Assembly (NCBI GenBank): GCA_017427945.1
Contig: JAFRRT010000021.1
Location: 2,259-66,258, forward strand
Direction: 5' to 3'
Source: Muribaculaceae bacterium
GTDB lineage: Bacteria > Bacteroidota > Bacteroidia > Bacteroidales > Muribaculaceae
DNA length: 64,000 nucleotides
A program made the translations under genes and the position numbers. The number at the start of each line of letters is the position of its first letter. Positions within the stretch are counted from its first letter, which is position 1. Of the stretch, positions 18,703-27,946 are shown piece after piece. The notes below the pieces were generated by a model, which searched no databases, was not told where the DNA came from, and saw only the letters and a program-made list of their open reading frames with translations.

Positions 18703-19167
18703 ATGGAAAAGATTGACACTCTGGACAAAAAGATTCTGGAAATCATAATGAAAAATGCGCGCATCCCCAGCAAAGATGTAGCACAAGTGTGCGGGGTGTC
18801 GCGTGCAGCTGTACATCAACGCATTCAACGTCTCATCGACGAAGGTATCATCACCGGGTCGGGCTACAACGTCAACCCCAAATCGTTAGGCTACTCCACA
18901 TGCACATTTATCGGCTTGACGCTTGAGAGGGGTTCGATGTACCGCACTGTTGTGCCTGAATTGCTGAAGATCAAGGAAGTTGTGGAGTGTCATTTCACAA
19001 CGGGACACTACACCATGATGATTAAGGTTTATGCCCGCGATAATGAGCACCTCATGTCGCTGGTCAATGACCGCATCCAGCACATCGATGGCGTGGCAGC
19101 TACCGAGACTCTTATCTCCTTGGAACAGAGCATCAACCGTACTCTGCCCATCTACTATGAAGAGTAG
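18703..19167 (+). CDS. Lrp/AsnC-family transcriptional regulator
   Basis: LDKKIL...NARIP...VSRAAVHQRIQRL HTH and ECHFTTGHY motif. -7 box TAAATTTG at 18669. Confidence 0.92.
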   Translation: MEKIDTLDKKILEIIMKNARIPSKDVAQVCGVSRAAVHQRIQRLIDEGIITGSGYNVNPKSLGYSTCTFIGLTLERGSMYRTVVPELLKIKEVVECHFTTGHYTMMIKVYARDNEHLMSLVNDRIQHIDGVAATETLISLEQSINRTLPIYYEE

Positions 19168-19335
19168 CCTTTGGCTCCCTCAAGCGATACTAAGGATATC
19201 AAACCTTCATGCCCAGTCCTACCGAATGCGGGCATTTTGACGCTACAAACCTGTTATCCAGTTTTTTATTTGTAAATTTGAAGCGTCAAATGGCAACAGA
19301 ACATTTAAAACACTATTAAAACAGCAAACACCATC

Positions 19336-20418
19336 ATGATAGAGAATAACCGTTATTGCGTTATCATGTGCGGAGGTGTAGGCAGCCGTTTTTGGCCGTT
19401 CTCCAAAGCCGCAATGCCCAAACAGTTCATCGACTTCTTCGGGACGGGCCGCAGCCTGCTGCAGACCGCAGTTGACCGCATCAGCGACATCGTTCCCCAA
19501 GAGAATATCATTCTCATGACGAACGAGAACTACGAGCACCTGATCAGGGAACAGCTTCCTGATATCAAGGACAACCAGATCCTGCTCGAGCCGGCACGCC
19601 GCAACACGGCTCCGTGCATTGCTTGGGCTGCACACCATATTCAGGCCATCACTCCCAATGCCAAAATCATGGTTGCTCCGAGCGACCACCTCATCATCAA
19701 TGTTGAGAAATTCAAGCAGTGCGTTGAGCGCGCCTTTGACTTCATCGAATCACGCGATGCATTGGTTACAATGGGTATCAAACCCAGCCGACCCGAAACT
19801 GGCTACGGTTACATCCAGGTGGGTGAGCCTGTCGAGGGCGACTTCTCTACAGTGAAAACCTTTACCGAGAAGCCTAATGAGGACCTGGCCCGCGTATTCC
19901 TTAATTCGGGCGAGTTCTATTGGAATTCAGGCATCTTTTTCTGGAGCGCTGACAGCATCCTGAATGCCCTGAACAGCTGCGCCCCCGAGGTGAATGCCGT
20001 TTTTGAACAAGGCAAAGAGTATTTCGGCACCGACCAGGAGCGGAATTACATCGACACCAATTTTGCGGCATGCCCCAGCATCAGCATCGACTTCGCCGTC
20101 ATGGAAAAAGCACCAAACGTCTTTGTCGAGACAGTGGACTTTGGCTGGAACGATCTGGGAACATGGAGGTCGTTGTATGAGCATTCTCCCAAGAACAAGG
20201 ACGGCAACGTCACGCAGAACTGCAAAGCCTTGATGTTCAACAGCCACAACAACATCATAGCCGTTAAGGGCGACAAACTGATTGTCACTTCGGGCCTTGA
20301 AGGATACATCGTCGCCGATGTTGATGACGCTCTGCTCATTGTCCCGATGGAGGAAGAGCAAAAAATCAAGCAATACGTTAACGAGGTAAAATCTAAATAC
20401 GGCGACAAATACCTCTGA
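19336..20418 (+). CDS. manC: Mannose-1-phosphate guanylyltransferase
   Basis: MCGGVGSRFWP, PKQF, EPARRNTAP, FTEKP, WNSGIF, SIDFAVME and GWNDLGTW motifs. Confidence 0.93.
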   Translation: MIENNRYCVIMCGGVGSRFWPFSKAAMPKQFIDFFGTGRSLLQTAVDRISDIVPQENIILMTNENYEHLIREQLPDIKDNQILLEPARRNTAPCIAWAAHHIQAITPNAKIMVAPSDHLIINVEKFKQCVERAFDFIESRDALVTMGIKPSRPETGYGYIQVGEPVEGDFSTVKTFTEKPNEDLARVFLNSGEFYWNSGIFFWSADSILNALNSCAPEVNAVFEQGKEYFGTDQERNYIDTNFAACPSISIDFAVMEKAPNVFVETVDFGWNDLGTWRSLYEHSPKNKDGNVTQNCKALMFNSHNNIIAVKGDKLIVTSGLEGYIVADVDDALLIVPMEEEQKIKQYVNEVKSKYGDKYL

Positions 20419-20451
20419 TGCACATCCAAGCAACAACCTGCAATAAGACCG

Positions 20452-20485
20452 TCACGGGACACCTTTCAAAAAAGATGTCCCGTGA
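20452..20485. terminator. Hairpin between the convergent manC and ssb genes
   Basis: TCACGGGACA...TGTCCCGTGA perfect 10-bp stem. Confidence 0.7.
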
Positions 20486-20513
20486 TTTATTCCGTAGTAA
20501 TTAGAATTGTCCT

Positions 20514-20900
20514 TTATTCCCCTGCGGCCTGCTGTGAGTCGGGAGTCTGCTGTGACATGCCCTCGCGCGGACGAGCCAACAGTTCAAACGTCTCTACATA
20601 AATCTCGGTAGTGAAACGCTTCACCTGGTTCCTGTCTTCCCAGGCGCGTGTGCGCAAGCGGCCTTCAAGGTAAATCTGTGTTCCCTTGCGAATGTAGCGC
20701 TCAGCAATCTCGGCATTCTTGCCCCACATCACAATGTTGTGCCACTCGGTGCGTTCAGGAACCTGCACACCATTGGCATTGGTGTATGCTCTATCGGTAG
20801 TAGCGAGTGTAAAAGATGCCACGGGCTGATTTTGTGCAACATATCGCACATCCGGGTCCCTGCCCACGCGACCCAACAAAATAACTTTATTGACTGACAT
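20514..20900 (-). CDS. ssb: Single-stranded DNA-binding protein
   Basis: SVNKVILLGRVGRDP, RTEWHNIV and EGRLRTR motifs. The acidic DDLPF-type tail is absent. Confidence 0.93.
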   Translation of the reverse strand: MSVNKVILLGRVGRDPDVRYVAQNQPVASFTLATTDRAYTNANGVQVPERTEWHNIVMWGKNAEIAERYIRKGTQIYLEGRLRTRAWEDRNQVKRFTTEIYVETFELLARPREGMSQQTPDSQQAAGE

Positions 20901-20953
20901 AATGAATGGTTTATTAGTTTTACAATTAATTGATAATTCTTCTTAGTTTCTCA

Positions 20954-21910
20954 TCAACAGCCAGTGCCCTTCAAGGCAAGACCTGCTTTCTCGTGCAAGC
21001 CGAACATCAGGTTCATTGCATGAACCGCATTGCCAGCACAGCCCTTGAGCATCGCATCAACCACAGCATGCACAGTTAGCAGACCATCACGCTCGTCCTT
21101 TTCTAGACGAAGGAGGCACTTATTGGTGTTCTCGATGTCGGCCGTAACAATGGGGCGGTCAACCAGGAACACAAAGTTGTGATCCTCATAGTACTGCTCA
21201 TAGAGCTGACGTATCATTTCGCCATCTACACCACACTTGAAACGTGCTGCGACAGCAAGTGTACGCCTTTCGGCTAATGGTGTCACTGTGAGTGTCACAG
21301 GCTGATTGAAACTCGACTGGCATTGTCCCAGAGCCATCTCAATCTCCTGCCGTTGTGCTTGCAGCCACTCGTCAGCAACAGCACCTCCAGGGCCCTTTGC
21401 AATAGCATCATAGTCGATGGTGCCCATCGCCACATGCAGTTCTATAGCGCTGTTGAGCAACAGGTTGCGGGCCATTGGCATCAACGCGAGCAGCGATATC
21501 GTCGCGCATTTGCCAGGGACTGTAACGCATCGTGCATCATGCACAAGCACGCGGCGCTGCATCTCGCTCAAGCCATACTTCCACAGTTTGTCCGCACCAT
21601 GGTCCAGATTCCAGCTTCCGTTCAGGTCAATCAGCCTGATGTCGTTGGCGTTGTCAATCAAGGCGATGGCGCGCTGCGTCTGGTCACGGTTGCCACAAGT
21701 GAAAATGACATCCACCTCAGCAGGAGCGCCAGGGTCATTAACCATGAGCGAACTCTCACCGACAATTCCGGGCACAATCTGTACAAGCGGTACGGTCGCA
21801 TTGCTCGAGGTGTTCACCCACACCAACTCCACATCAGGATGGTTGAGGAGAATTCTCACCAACTCGGCACCCCGAAGATTGTCACATCCTGTGATGCCGA
21901 CTTTAATCAT
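20954..21910 (-). CDS. argC: ArgC (N-acetyl-gamma-glutamyl-phosphate reductase) homologue with degenerate motifs
   Basis: GAELVRILLNHP, LIDL, YEQYYEDHNF, NTNKCLL and LKGCAGNAVHAMNLMFGL match ArgC, and the gene is adjacent to argR. The NADPH loop and catalytic PGC motif are altered. Confidence 0.75.
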   Translation of the reverse strand: MIKVGITGCDNLRGAELVRILLNHPDVELVWVNTSSNATVPLVQIVPGIVGESSLMVNDPGAPAEVDVIFTCGNRDQTQRAIALIDNANDIRLIDLNGSWNLDHGADKLWKYGLSEMQRRVLVHDARCVTVPGKCATISLLALMPMARNLLLNSAIELHVAMGTIDYDAIAKGPGGAVADEWLQAQRQEIEMALGQCQSSFNQPVTLTVTPLAERRTLAVAARFKCGVDGEMIRQLYEQYYEDHNFVFLVDRPIVTADIENTNKCLLRLEKDERDGLLTVHAVVDAMLKGCAGNAVHAMNLMFGLHEKAGLALKGTGC

Positions 21911-22457
21911 TCAGACTGATGCTGTGCGGGGAGTTCTGCGGCATGAATTGCTCGAAGACAAGTCGAGCCTGCTCATGTGTCACACCCTCGGCGAGGATGG
22001 CAACCACAGTGTCGGCACCGGCAATGGTACCAAGCACCTCTGCAGGACGGCTCATATCGATATCATAGGCAAGACCCGGCGCATAGCCGTTGCGGGTCTT
22101 GATGACAGCTACGTTTCCCGAGAATGTAACCGAGACCAGGCCCACCTGTTTAGCGGCGTGCGCGTCGGTCTGGCGCAAACTCAGCAACCTATCTTGTAAC
22201 TGGTTGGTATCGGGAATGATGTACATGTAAGTATTGCGGTCGGTTGCCACCTTGGAAATCTTCAAGGCTTTCAGGTCACGCGACAACGTTGCCTGAGTCA
22301 CATTGATATTGTGCTCACGCAACATATCGGCCAATTCACTTTGGCTACCAATGCAATTTGTCTTGATCAAATCAGCGATCAATTGTAAGCGGTCACGTTT
22401 TCTTTTCACGATAACTTTCTTTTTTCTGGGTTTCTTGGTTTCAGTTGTTGCATTCAT
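21903..22457 (-). CDS. argR: Arginine repressor
   Basis: SQSEL, VTQATLSRDL and LGTIAGADT motifs. Confidence 0.93.
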   Translation of the reverse strand: MNATTETKKPRKKKVIVKRKRDRLQLIADLIKTNCIGSQSELADMLREHNINVTQATLSRDLKALKISKVATDRNTYMYIIPDTNQLQDRLLSLRQTDAHAAKQVGLVSVTFSGNVAVIKTRNGYAPGLAYDIDMSRPAEVLGTIAGADTVVAILAEGVTHEQARLVFEQFMPQNSPHSISLND

Positions 22458-22766
22458 AATTCATATACACTAAATATTTGGTTATCGATGCAAAGGTAAT
22501 TGTTTTTTTATTTCTAACAACATATTTATTGATTTTTTTCTATGAAAATTCATAATATAATTCAATATTCATTACAAATGGTAATATTTTTCCCAATGTT
22601 TCAATAGCCACATGCGCTATTCTTCTCAACGCATGCCACTGCACGGCTTAGCATGTGAAAGAAATGATGATGGTTAAAGTGCGTTAAAAATCTTGACAAC
22701 CCACCAACAATATTGTAATTTTGCAACAAAATATTATTGTTTTACCAATTTAATTCTATTATCACC

Positions 22767-23243
22767 ATGAAAAACATGTATTCACCAGACGTCCATCGCT
22801 ACCTGTGCCAACAGCGGGACAAAGAGTTTCTGGCACTTTACCACCCTACCCTCGATGCTCTGCTTGAAAAAGGCATGCCCTTGGGAAAAGCCCGTCGAGC
22901 GGCAGTGGAATTCACCATCACAAACGGCCATCCGCGCTACCATGTGAACCACGAGAACGCCTACCGCCGGGTGTGCCATCTACTTAAAGCCGACGAGAAA
23001 CACGGCAATGGAGCACGCACCTATGAGGGCAAAGAGGAAATTGGCCTTGCCGAGACACGACTGCGACGCCACATGTGGAAAGAAATCACACAACAGGTCC
23101 GCGAATTGTGCACCTACGGATTGAGTGTTGACCGAGCAGTTGAGCACATTTTGGAACACGGTCGCGCCTCCCGGTTCTTCATCACACCCTCGACGGCACT
23201 GACCAAAATCTGCATCCATGAGCGCTCTCGAGCCTTGCGATGA
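22767..23243 (+). CDS. Hypothetical protein with an internal duplication; phage-like
   Basis: Two related modules (HPRYHVNHENAYRRVC / ASRFFITPSTALTKIC). Own -7 box TAATTTTG at 22716. ATG 22767 chosen as start. Confidence 0.6.
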   Translation: MKNMYSPDVHRYLCQQRDKEFLALYHPTLDALLEKGMPLGKARRAAVEFTITNGHPRYHVNHENAYRRVCHLLKADEKHGNGARTYEGKEEIGLAETRLRRHMWKEITQQVRELCTYGLSVDRAVEHILEHGRASRFFITPSTALTKICIHERSRALR

Positions 23244-23300
23244 ATGTAGCGAAACAAAACCATAGCACTTAAACAATAAACACACATAAACGAGAAAACC

Positions 23301-23711
23301 ATGAAATACCGCATTGACATCACCATCGACCTGGACGAGATCCAGCAAGCCATTTACACCGAAGGGACCTGGCATCCTGCAGCTAACGCCACCGCATGGG
23401 GCGTGAACTCGAGCAATGAACCTATCATTGACCGTCGTGTGCGCGAAGGTCTTGACGACCTGTTAGCCCGCATGAGCGGATATCTCGTCAGCCAAAACAT
23501 CAACTTCAACATTGAGCGCCAGAATATCGTCCTCGGCATCGAGCTCCACCGCCGTCCCACGCTCTCCATCGCCAGCGACCTCAAAAGTGCGATTGTTAAA
23601 GCACTTGCCAACTATACGCTGATGACGCTCTATGGTGACGAGGACAGCATTTATGGCACAGCATGGAAACTGCATCGGGCACGCACGCTGGTGCTGCTCG
23701 TCCGCCCGTAA
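23301..23711 (+). CDS. Hypothetical protein, possibly phage head-tail connector-like
   Basis: 136-aa helical ORF co-transcribed with the previous gene. The resemblance is from recall only. Confidence 0.5.
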   Translation: MKYRIDITIDLDEIQQAIYTEGTWHPAANATAWGVNSSNEPIIDRRVREGLDDLLARMSGYLVSQNINFNIERQNIVLGIELHRRPTLSIASDLKSAIVKALANYTLMTLYGDEDSIYGTAWKLHRARTLVLLVRP

Positions 23712-23732
23712 CCGCCTGCTCATCCTTCTTTC

Positions 23733-23793
23733 AAGACAACAAACCACACGCTGGCCACCGCGACGGCAGTCTGGTTTGTTGTCTTACTTTTTT
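23733..23793 (+). terminator. Terminator closing the two-gene unit
   Basis: AAGACAACAAACCA...TGGTTTGTTGTCTT 14-bp stem followed by a T-run. Confidence 0.7.
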
Positions 23794-23878
23794 TGAAAAA
23801 CTCTGGTTTTTTCTTGTTTAATTCAATAAGCGCCTATACCTTTGCATGCCAATACACACACATTTTAACAAGTTAATT

Positions 23879-24223
23879 ATGAAAGATATACAAGTTTTAG
23901 CCATTGACGGGTTTACGACAATCCTTTTGTTTCTGCTGGTATTGGCGATATTGGCCTATGTTTTTCTGCGACCAATCAAAGCGTTGTTTAAAATGAAGTT
24001 TGATGTTTCCAAGTACTCCGGTAAACTTCTTGGCAGCATCTTATACATCGGCTTTTTTACAGCATTCATATTTATATTTCTGTATCCGGTGGGCTTTGAA
24101 GACACTTCACACATCCCCACTTCACAAAAGTGGATTGTCCAGTTCCATGAGAAGTTCCCATACGATGCCGAGTTCGCAAAATACTTGAAATATTTAAATG
24201 ATGCCATCGAACTGTGGCATTAG
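23879..24223 (+). CDS. Hypothetical AT-rich 2-TM membrane protein
   Basis: Two hydrophobic segments; upstream TACCTTTG box; visibly AT-richer than its neighbours. Confidence 0.55.
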   Translation: MKDIQVLAIDGFTTILLFLLVLAILAYVFLRPIKALFKMKFDVSKYSGKLLGSILYIGFFTAFIFIFLYPVGFEDTSHIPTSQKWIVQFHEKFPYDAEFAKYLKYLNDAIELWH

Positions 24224-24414
24224 TTAGAATGCCCTGCAGTGTAATAGCGTCTGCCACTCTTATCCCGAAAAGTGCAACTTTCTTCACCCTGTGTGGTTCA
24301 TGTTTCGGGAAATATAACTATTTTTGTGCCAGTTTTAAGTTATGGGACAGTCTTTTAGGTAGCTGCGCTCATAAGAACTGTTTTTTAGAAACGTCATTTC
24401 CATCTTAATAAACT

Positions 24415-26322
24415 ATGGGCATCAAACTAACTAGACTCAATCTATGGCATGCTATGACCCTGTTGCTGGCATTGATGTTTGTGGCACCACACTCATTGGC
24501 TACCAACTATGTGACATTCAATAACGGAAGGCTCATCGTTTTCCCAGATTCTTGTGTCAAAGCCTTCGTGACAGACGATGGGAGGTTGACAGTCACTGCC
24601 ATGGACGACAAGGTTTACACTTACTCGCTTGAAGAGATCGCCTCAATCGACCAGCAACTTAACAAGGTGCTGCCCTCTATCACATCCTACAAGTTCAACA
24701 ACAAGTACAACTACCAAGTGTACACCGATGCTACAGGAGTGATTGGCGACGGCGAAATCAATGTAACTGTTGCAGGTATCGGCAAGCGATTGACAGCATC
24801 GTTCAGCCTCTCGGACGAAAACGCCAAAGCCTACGTCGATGGTGTGGAGCAGATCAGCAAGGAGAGCCGCCTGCGTTTTGACGGCAGCCGCGTGTACACA
24901 GTGGGATATCAAGGTGACAAGATACTGTTGCCCGATGTCAATGGCCAATATGTGTTCTTGCCTTTTGGCAGGGAATATTCTGTCAGTGTCGATTTCCTGA
25001 TCGACCAAGCCACCAAAGTACCGCAAATCTATATCAACACCGTGAATGGCGAACCCATATCCAGCAAAAAAAACTATCTTGATGCCGAAATCATTATCGA
25101 CGGAGCCGGTGTTTTCCCGTCAATGACCGATTCAGTTCAAGTCAAGGGACGAGGGCACACATCCTGGTCTTCTAATCCAGACTCCAAAAACCCCTACCGC
25201 CTGAAGTTTGCCGAGAAAGTGAAACCGCTGGGCTTGACCAAGGGCAAAAACTGGGTACTGCTTGCCAACAAATACATGTCCTCAATGTTAACCAATGCCT
25301 TCGGCATGAAGGCCGCCAGCCTCATCGGGACAGCTGCCGTGAACCATATCATCCCTGTGGACCTGTTTGTCAATGGAGTTTACAAGGGCAGTTACAACTT
25401 TACCGAGAAAGTGGGCTTGGCAAACAACAGCGTGGACCTCGACGATGAGAGTGTCGCTACACTGTTAGAACTGGACAGCTACTATGACGAAGATGACACC
25501 CAGAAATTCAGGTCATCACCGTACAGCATCCCCGTGAATATCAAAGATCCCGATTTCAGCGAAGGGACCACTGTCCTCACATTAAATGACATCAAACAGC
25601 GTTTTAACGCTTTTATCAGATCCGTTAAGAATGACGAGGATTTCACCGACTTGGTGGACGTGGACTACCTTGCCCGGTTCCTGCTGTTGAATGAACTGAT
25701 CTGCAACTATGAGATTTTCCACCCAAAGAGCACTTACTGTTACAATGAGAACATTCTTGACGATGACAGCAAGTTTGTATTCGGACCCGTGTGGGACTTT
25801 GACTGGGCCTTTGGCTATCAGACCAACAGGAACTATTTCAAGTGTAATCCCACTGTGGACTTTTACACCCAAGTGAGCATGACACAATTGCCCTTCTTTA
25901 CCAAACTGCGCTACAATGAAAAGGTTTCAAAGCGCATCTATGAAGTCTTAAAAGATTTCGTCGAGAATGGTTTGGACGAGTTGTGTGAGTTTTGCCAAGA
26001 ATATTACCTGTATGCCAAGCCTTCACTTAAACTGAACAAGGTACCGAACAAAGACGGTACCGACTACGCTGCACAGGCGACGATGGCCGCCGATTGGTTC
26101 AGAGAACGAGCTGAATACATGCTTGCCAGCATGGAGCCCGAGCCCACCCTGCCGGGTGACGTGAACGGTGACGGTGAGGTGAACATCGCCGACGTGAATG
26201 CCATCATTGACTTCATTTTGGCCGGGATAGGCTCAGCCAGCGCTGCCGACGTGAATCAAGATGGTGAGGTGAACGTTGGTGATATCACATCAATCATCGA
26301 CATCTTGTTACGTGGGCGTTAA
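24415..26322 (+). CDS. Secreted CotH-family kinase-like protein with a C-terminal dockerin-like domain
   Basis: VKGRGHTSW, KNPYRLKF, KNWVLLANK, YKGSYNFTEKV and FGPVWDFDWAFG motifs; [15 protein letters not shown] repeat pair. Confidence 0.88.
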   Translation: MGIKLTRLNLWHAMTLLLALMFVAPHSLATNYVTFNNGRLIVFPDSCVKAFVTDDGRLTVTAMDDKVYTYSLEEIASIDQQLNKVLPSITSYKFNNKYNYQVYTDATGVIGDGEINVTVAGIGKRLTASFSLSDENAKAYVDGVEQISKESRLRFDGSRVYTVGYQGDKILLPDVNGQYVFLPFGREYSVSVDFLIDQATKVPQIYINTVNGEPISSKKNYLDAEIIIDGAGVFPSMTDSVQVKGRGHTSWSSNPDSKNPYRLKFAEKVKPLGLTKGKNWVLLANKYMSSMLTNAFGMKAASLIGTAAVNHIIPVDLFVNGVYKGSYNFTEKVGLANNSVDLDDESVATLLELDSYYDEDDTQKFRSSPYSIPVNIKDPDFSEGTTVLTLNDIKQRFNAFIRSVKNDEDFTDLVDVDYLARFLLLNELICNYEIFHPKSTYCYNENILDDDSKFVFGPVWDFDWAFGYQTNRNYFKCNPTVDFYTQVSMTQLPFFTKLRYNEKVSKRIYEVLKDFVENGLDELCEFCQEYYLYAKPSLKLNKVPNKDGTDYAAQATMAADWFRERAEYMLASMEPEPTLPGDVNGDGEVNIADVNAIIDFILAGIGSASAADVNQDGEVNVGDITSIIDILLRGR

Positions 26323-26361
26323 TCGGTGCCTACAATCAAATAGACGTAAACCACATAGACT

Positions 26362-27822
26362 ATGAAACTAAGACATTTTATATTACTTGTTGTGGCGTTG
26401 GCGGCTGTTTTGCCCGCTACGGCCGACGTGCATCCCCGCTACACCACAATGGTGAGCGACGCTACTACCACTTATACTACCAAGCGTCCACCCGCCGAAG
26501 AACGGCTGTTCACCAGCGCCATCATCGAGAAACGCATCAAGGAGGTGCTTAAGCAAATCAAGGGCAATCCGCGCCTGGCATGGATGTTTGAGAATTGCTT
26601 CCCCAACACGCTCGACAGCACGGTCCACTATCGCCTGACCGATGACGGTGAGGACGACACCTTTGTCTATACAGGCGACATCCACGCGATGTGGTTGCGC
26701 GACAGCGGTGCCCAAGTGTGGCCCTATGTCAAATATGCCAATAAGGACGAGAAACTGCGGCACATGCTGCGCGGTGTGATTTTGCGTCAATTCAAGTGCA
26801 TCATCCTCGATCCATATGCCAACGCATTCAACGATGGCCCCACAGGCAGCCAATGGGAAAACGACCTCACCGACATGAAGCCCGAGCTGCATGAGCGCAA
26901 GTATGAGATTGACTCGCTGTGCTATCCCATTAGGCTCGCCTACGAGTACTGGCTGGTAACCGGCGATGACAGCATCTTTGGCGACCTGTGGCAACAGGCC
27001 ATCCAAGCCGTGCTGCGAACCTTCAAGGAGCAACAGCGCAAGAACGGAAACAAGGGACCGTATAAGTTCATGCGCCGAGATATCGACGCTAAATCTTCGC
27101 TTACTTGGTACGGTTGGGGACCGCCCGTCAACCCTGTGGGACTCATCGTGTCGTGCTTCCGTCCCAGCGACGATGCTACTGTACTGCCATTCCTGGTGCC
27201 CAGCAACTTCATGGCGGTATCCTCGTTGCGCAAGGCTGGCGAGATTCTGCAGAAGGTGAACAGTGACTACTTGCTTGCCGAACAATGTCGCGACTTGGCC
27301 CAGGAGGTGGAAGATGCCCTGCACAAATATGCCATCGTGGACCATCCCAAGTACGGAAAAATCTATGCTTACGAGGTGGACGGCTGGGGCGGACGCGTGC
27401 TGGCCGACGATGCCAATGTGCCGAGTCTGCTGGCAATGGGCTATCTGGGCGACGTGCCCATGGATGATCCCATCTACCGCAACACCCGTCGCTTTGTGTG
27501 GAGTGAGGACAATCCCTGCTTCTTCAAGGGTAAGGCGGGCGAAGGTATCGGCGGCGCCCACACAGCCTATAACCTCATCTGGCCCATGAGCATCATGATG
27601 AAAGCCTTCACTGCCGACAACGACGAAGAAATTGCCTGGTGCATGCGCCAACTGCTCACCACCGATGCGGGCACAGGCTTCATGCACGAGTCATTCAACA
27701 AGGATGACGCATCACGCTACACCCGCGCCTGGTTTGCCTGGCAGAATACACTCTTCGGCGAACTGGTCATCCACCTGGTCGAGAACGGCAAGACCGACCT
27801 GCTCGTACACTGCCTCGACTGA
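26362..27822 (+). CDS. Glycoside hydrolase family 125 (exo-alpha-1,6-mannosidase type)
   Basis: [42 protein letters not shown] and [11 protein letters not shown] motifs. Confidence 0.93.
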   Translation: MKLRHFILLVVALAAVLPATADVHPRYTTMVSDATTTYTTKRPPAEERLFTSAIIEKRIKEVLKQIKGNPRLAWMFENCFPNTLDSTVHYRLTDDGEDDTFVYTGDIHAMWLRDSGAQVWPYVKYANKDEKLRHMLRGVILRQFKCIILDPYANAFNDGPTGSQWENDLTDMKPELHERKYEIDSLCYPIRLAYEYWLVTGDDSIFGDLWQQAIQAVLRTFKEQQRKNGNKGPYKFMRRDIDAKSSLTWYGWGPPVNPVGLIVSCFRPSDDATVLPFLVPSNFMAVSSLRKAGEILQKVNSDYLLAEQCRDLAQEVEDALHKYAIVDHPKYGKIYAYEVDGWGGRVLADDANVPSLLAMGYLGDVPMDDPIYRNTRRFVWSEDNPCFFKGKAGEGIGGAHTAYNLIWPMSIMMKAFTADNDEEIAWCMRQLLTTDAGTGFMHESFNKDDASRYTRAWFAWQNTLFGELVIHLVENGKTDLLVHCLD

Positions 27823-27946
27823 CCCAGCGTTATTCAAAAAAATCTTTTACAATCCCTATCAAATATTAAAATGATGGGGATTGTCTTTTTGTACACTCAA
27901 AAAGCACTACCTTTGCCGCCACATATTCATTTTTATTATCTAAGAC

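Noticed and set aside
22541-22554. TATGAAAATTCATA near-palindrome upstream of argR as an ARG box
   Set aside because: It lies in very AT-rich DNA where such matches arise by chance; it is a single imperfect site and cannot be supported without a Bacteroidales ArgR matrix.
22716-24223. Intact prophage
   Set aside because: No integrase, terminase, portal, capsid or att sites; housekeeping genes flank it closely.
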